From the NCBI GenBank assembly GCA_002478275.1, contig DLMY01000015.1, forward strand, positions 1-34,363: DNA of 34,363 nucleotides, written 5' to 3'. Source of the DNA: Actinobacteria bacterium UBA7524. Its GTDB lineage: Bacteria > Actinomycetota > Coriobacteriia > Anaerosomatales > UBA912. The position numbers and the translations under genes were made by a program. The first letter of the stretch is position 1, and each line of letters opens with the position of its first letter. Below are positions 34,101 to 34,363 of the stretch, in pieces. The notes under the pieces are model-generated. The model was not told the DNA's origin, did no database searches, and saw only the letters and a program-made list of their open reading frames with translations.

Positions 34101-34363
34101 TCGTGCTGGTCCTGAACATTCACGTAGGTGTGGCAGTCCGTACAGCTTGCGCTGGCCTCGGTCACGTGGAGCGAGCGATGCGTCGGGGCCGGATAGTGGC
34201 AACCTTCAGTGTTGCAGGTAAGCGTCGTGGGTACCGCGGTGTTGTCCTTGTGGCATGCCGCGCAGCTGAGCGGCTCAGCGCTCACGCTCGTGTGCAGTGC
34301 CGCGACATCATCCACCTCGTGGCAGCCACCGCCACCAGCAGGCTGGTTGACGGCGGTGACGAC
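31139..34363 (-). CDS. Giant multiheme c-type cytochrome (5' end outside the window; >1074 aa)
   Basis: The frame stays open to base 34363 (VVTAVNQPAGGGGCHEVDD...). I count 18 CXXCH, 4 CX4CH, 1 CX5CH and 1 CX6CH, plus many spare His for distal ligation. Lies next to the ccsBA genes. Confidence 0.96.
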   Translation of the reverse strand, partial: VVTAVNQPAGGGGCHEVDDVAALHTSVSAEPLSCAACHKDNTAVPTTLTCNTEGCHYPAPTHRSLHVTEASASCTDCHTYVNVQDQHDPATIGGTIDGKTNDGCNICHGGDGWSDIRSTVDNVECATCHASAAHDTLHQATVVSNYSDGSGAGPETGCMNSGAGCHGVTAPLPVNAAVEFHPSSGCLSGACHTSPTFSNETWKAGSGMECVRCHDGNFVGAPDTVEPVDSHYVASLHTATVGLGNVGAGGTASAACGDCHDLAMRAGHGGAAGGFSSKTKGTYVTCTECHNYNATVSEIAKRTAPNWNGRCDHCHASGVLGATQVMHNATTAPTVAGTQPASPDQCTRSGCHTWTEPLDLHNLHRNASGGCTLAGCHDAKNKDMTSAKRTCGGPTGCHPNYEDAAHALSKGGKPCNTCHPNHATMTSDTTTFHHVLDDATQAPKDNPSYPTSKDNLTCVSCHTDHHNFTPEGGPNNKANNLRVSINDNSGAPTNATNTDFIASGDYGICVSCHSTTRIKDVSKQKTGGSAATPPISGAGYAASAHNYVINDAARVGFNDGTAFRANCIKCHDDEMDTGSKMSSTYKLGLHKSAEDRLAKALGAALAGSSTATEENLCYKCHGLGSSAGPDGYGVNPGGTAMTANSRNIQAQFAKTYTHPVGAKAGVHKTDESTASGWNPASNRHVECEDCHNVHAAQKGRTPWPSNGVFRGSTPPAIAGANVGVWGVNITGANADGTWNGSGTSGNPSAPTYSKVNSSSYQWQLCLKCHSAWAYTTTPPNVSVNLAGQTGGKQTDVGRDFNPMNLSYHPIFKQGLNQPATNANPAWASNAARKWIDYNNNGLNDGASETNNNGLSNTFTDGWLTTSVVVCTDCHNNNDPTGPSGPHGSTNRWLLTGVDVNVKTTLQNGSVVNPPSTAGANFCVNCHRADVYGQNNAIPSSPTSLLSRMNHNRMSSSCYNTGTYNSTALQFSSCLHCHGGRKDENSFNFAANTVVQSGAIHGSSMTYAPGASTYTGAANYMGQRFLNGASWSQHQKGTTTVGCYTLQKSTTFPQDNYSACIKHTPDTYTELQYSY

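Noticed and set aside
31139..34363. Assigning the cytochrome to a named family (OmcS, OmcZ, MtrA, OcwA)
   Set aside because: I cannot match it confidently from memory; size and motif spacing differ and the N-terminus is missing.
1..34363. Mobile elements, tRNA, rRNA or selenocysteine read-through
   Set aside because: No transposase, integrase, tRNA-like cloverleaf or in-frame TGA interrupting a recognisable domain was seen.

Overview
High-GC bacterial chromosomal segment, almost entirely on the minus strand. It is most consistent with an anaerobic deep-branching actinobacterium such as a Coriobacteriia member; this is an inference from mixed actinobacterial/firmicute gene order, not a database result. 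Reading in the direction of transcription (right to left) there are four blocks. (1) The 3' part of a giant multiheme c-type cytochrome (>1074 aa; 18 CXXCH plus 6 non-canonical CX4-6CH motifs in the visible part), followed by a maturation cluster with TWO divergent System II CcsB/CcsA pairs, a membrane-anchored propeller-like protein, an orphan family-5 ABC substrate-binding lipoprotein and a small His-bearing membrane protein. (2) A vapBC toxin-antitoxin pair with palindromic operators. (3) A housekeeping run: hisS, an inverted membrane/SAM-domain gene, aspS, 6S RNA, a lipoprotein, rarA, DUF948, a degenerate RsbW-like anti-sigma, a SigB/F-type sigma, AI-2E, alaS, ruvX, mltG, yqeG, aroE and pilB. 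(4) Directly after pilB, a Roadblock (MglB-like) / DUF4388+MshEN-like / MglA-CvnD-like GTPase / membrane-anchored PYGAPYP-repeat module. The two best candidates for an undescribed system are the dual-synthase multiheme cytochrome locus and the pilB-linked small-GTPase module. Three N gaps are present and look like scaffolding artefacts.
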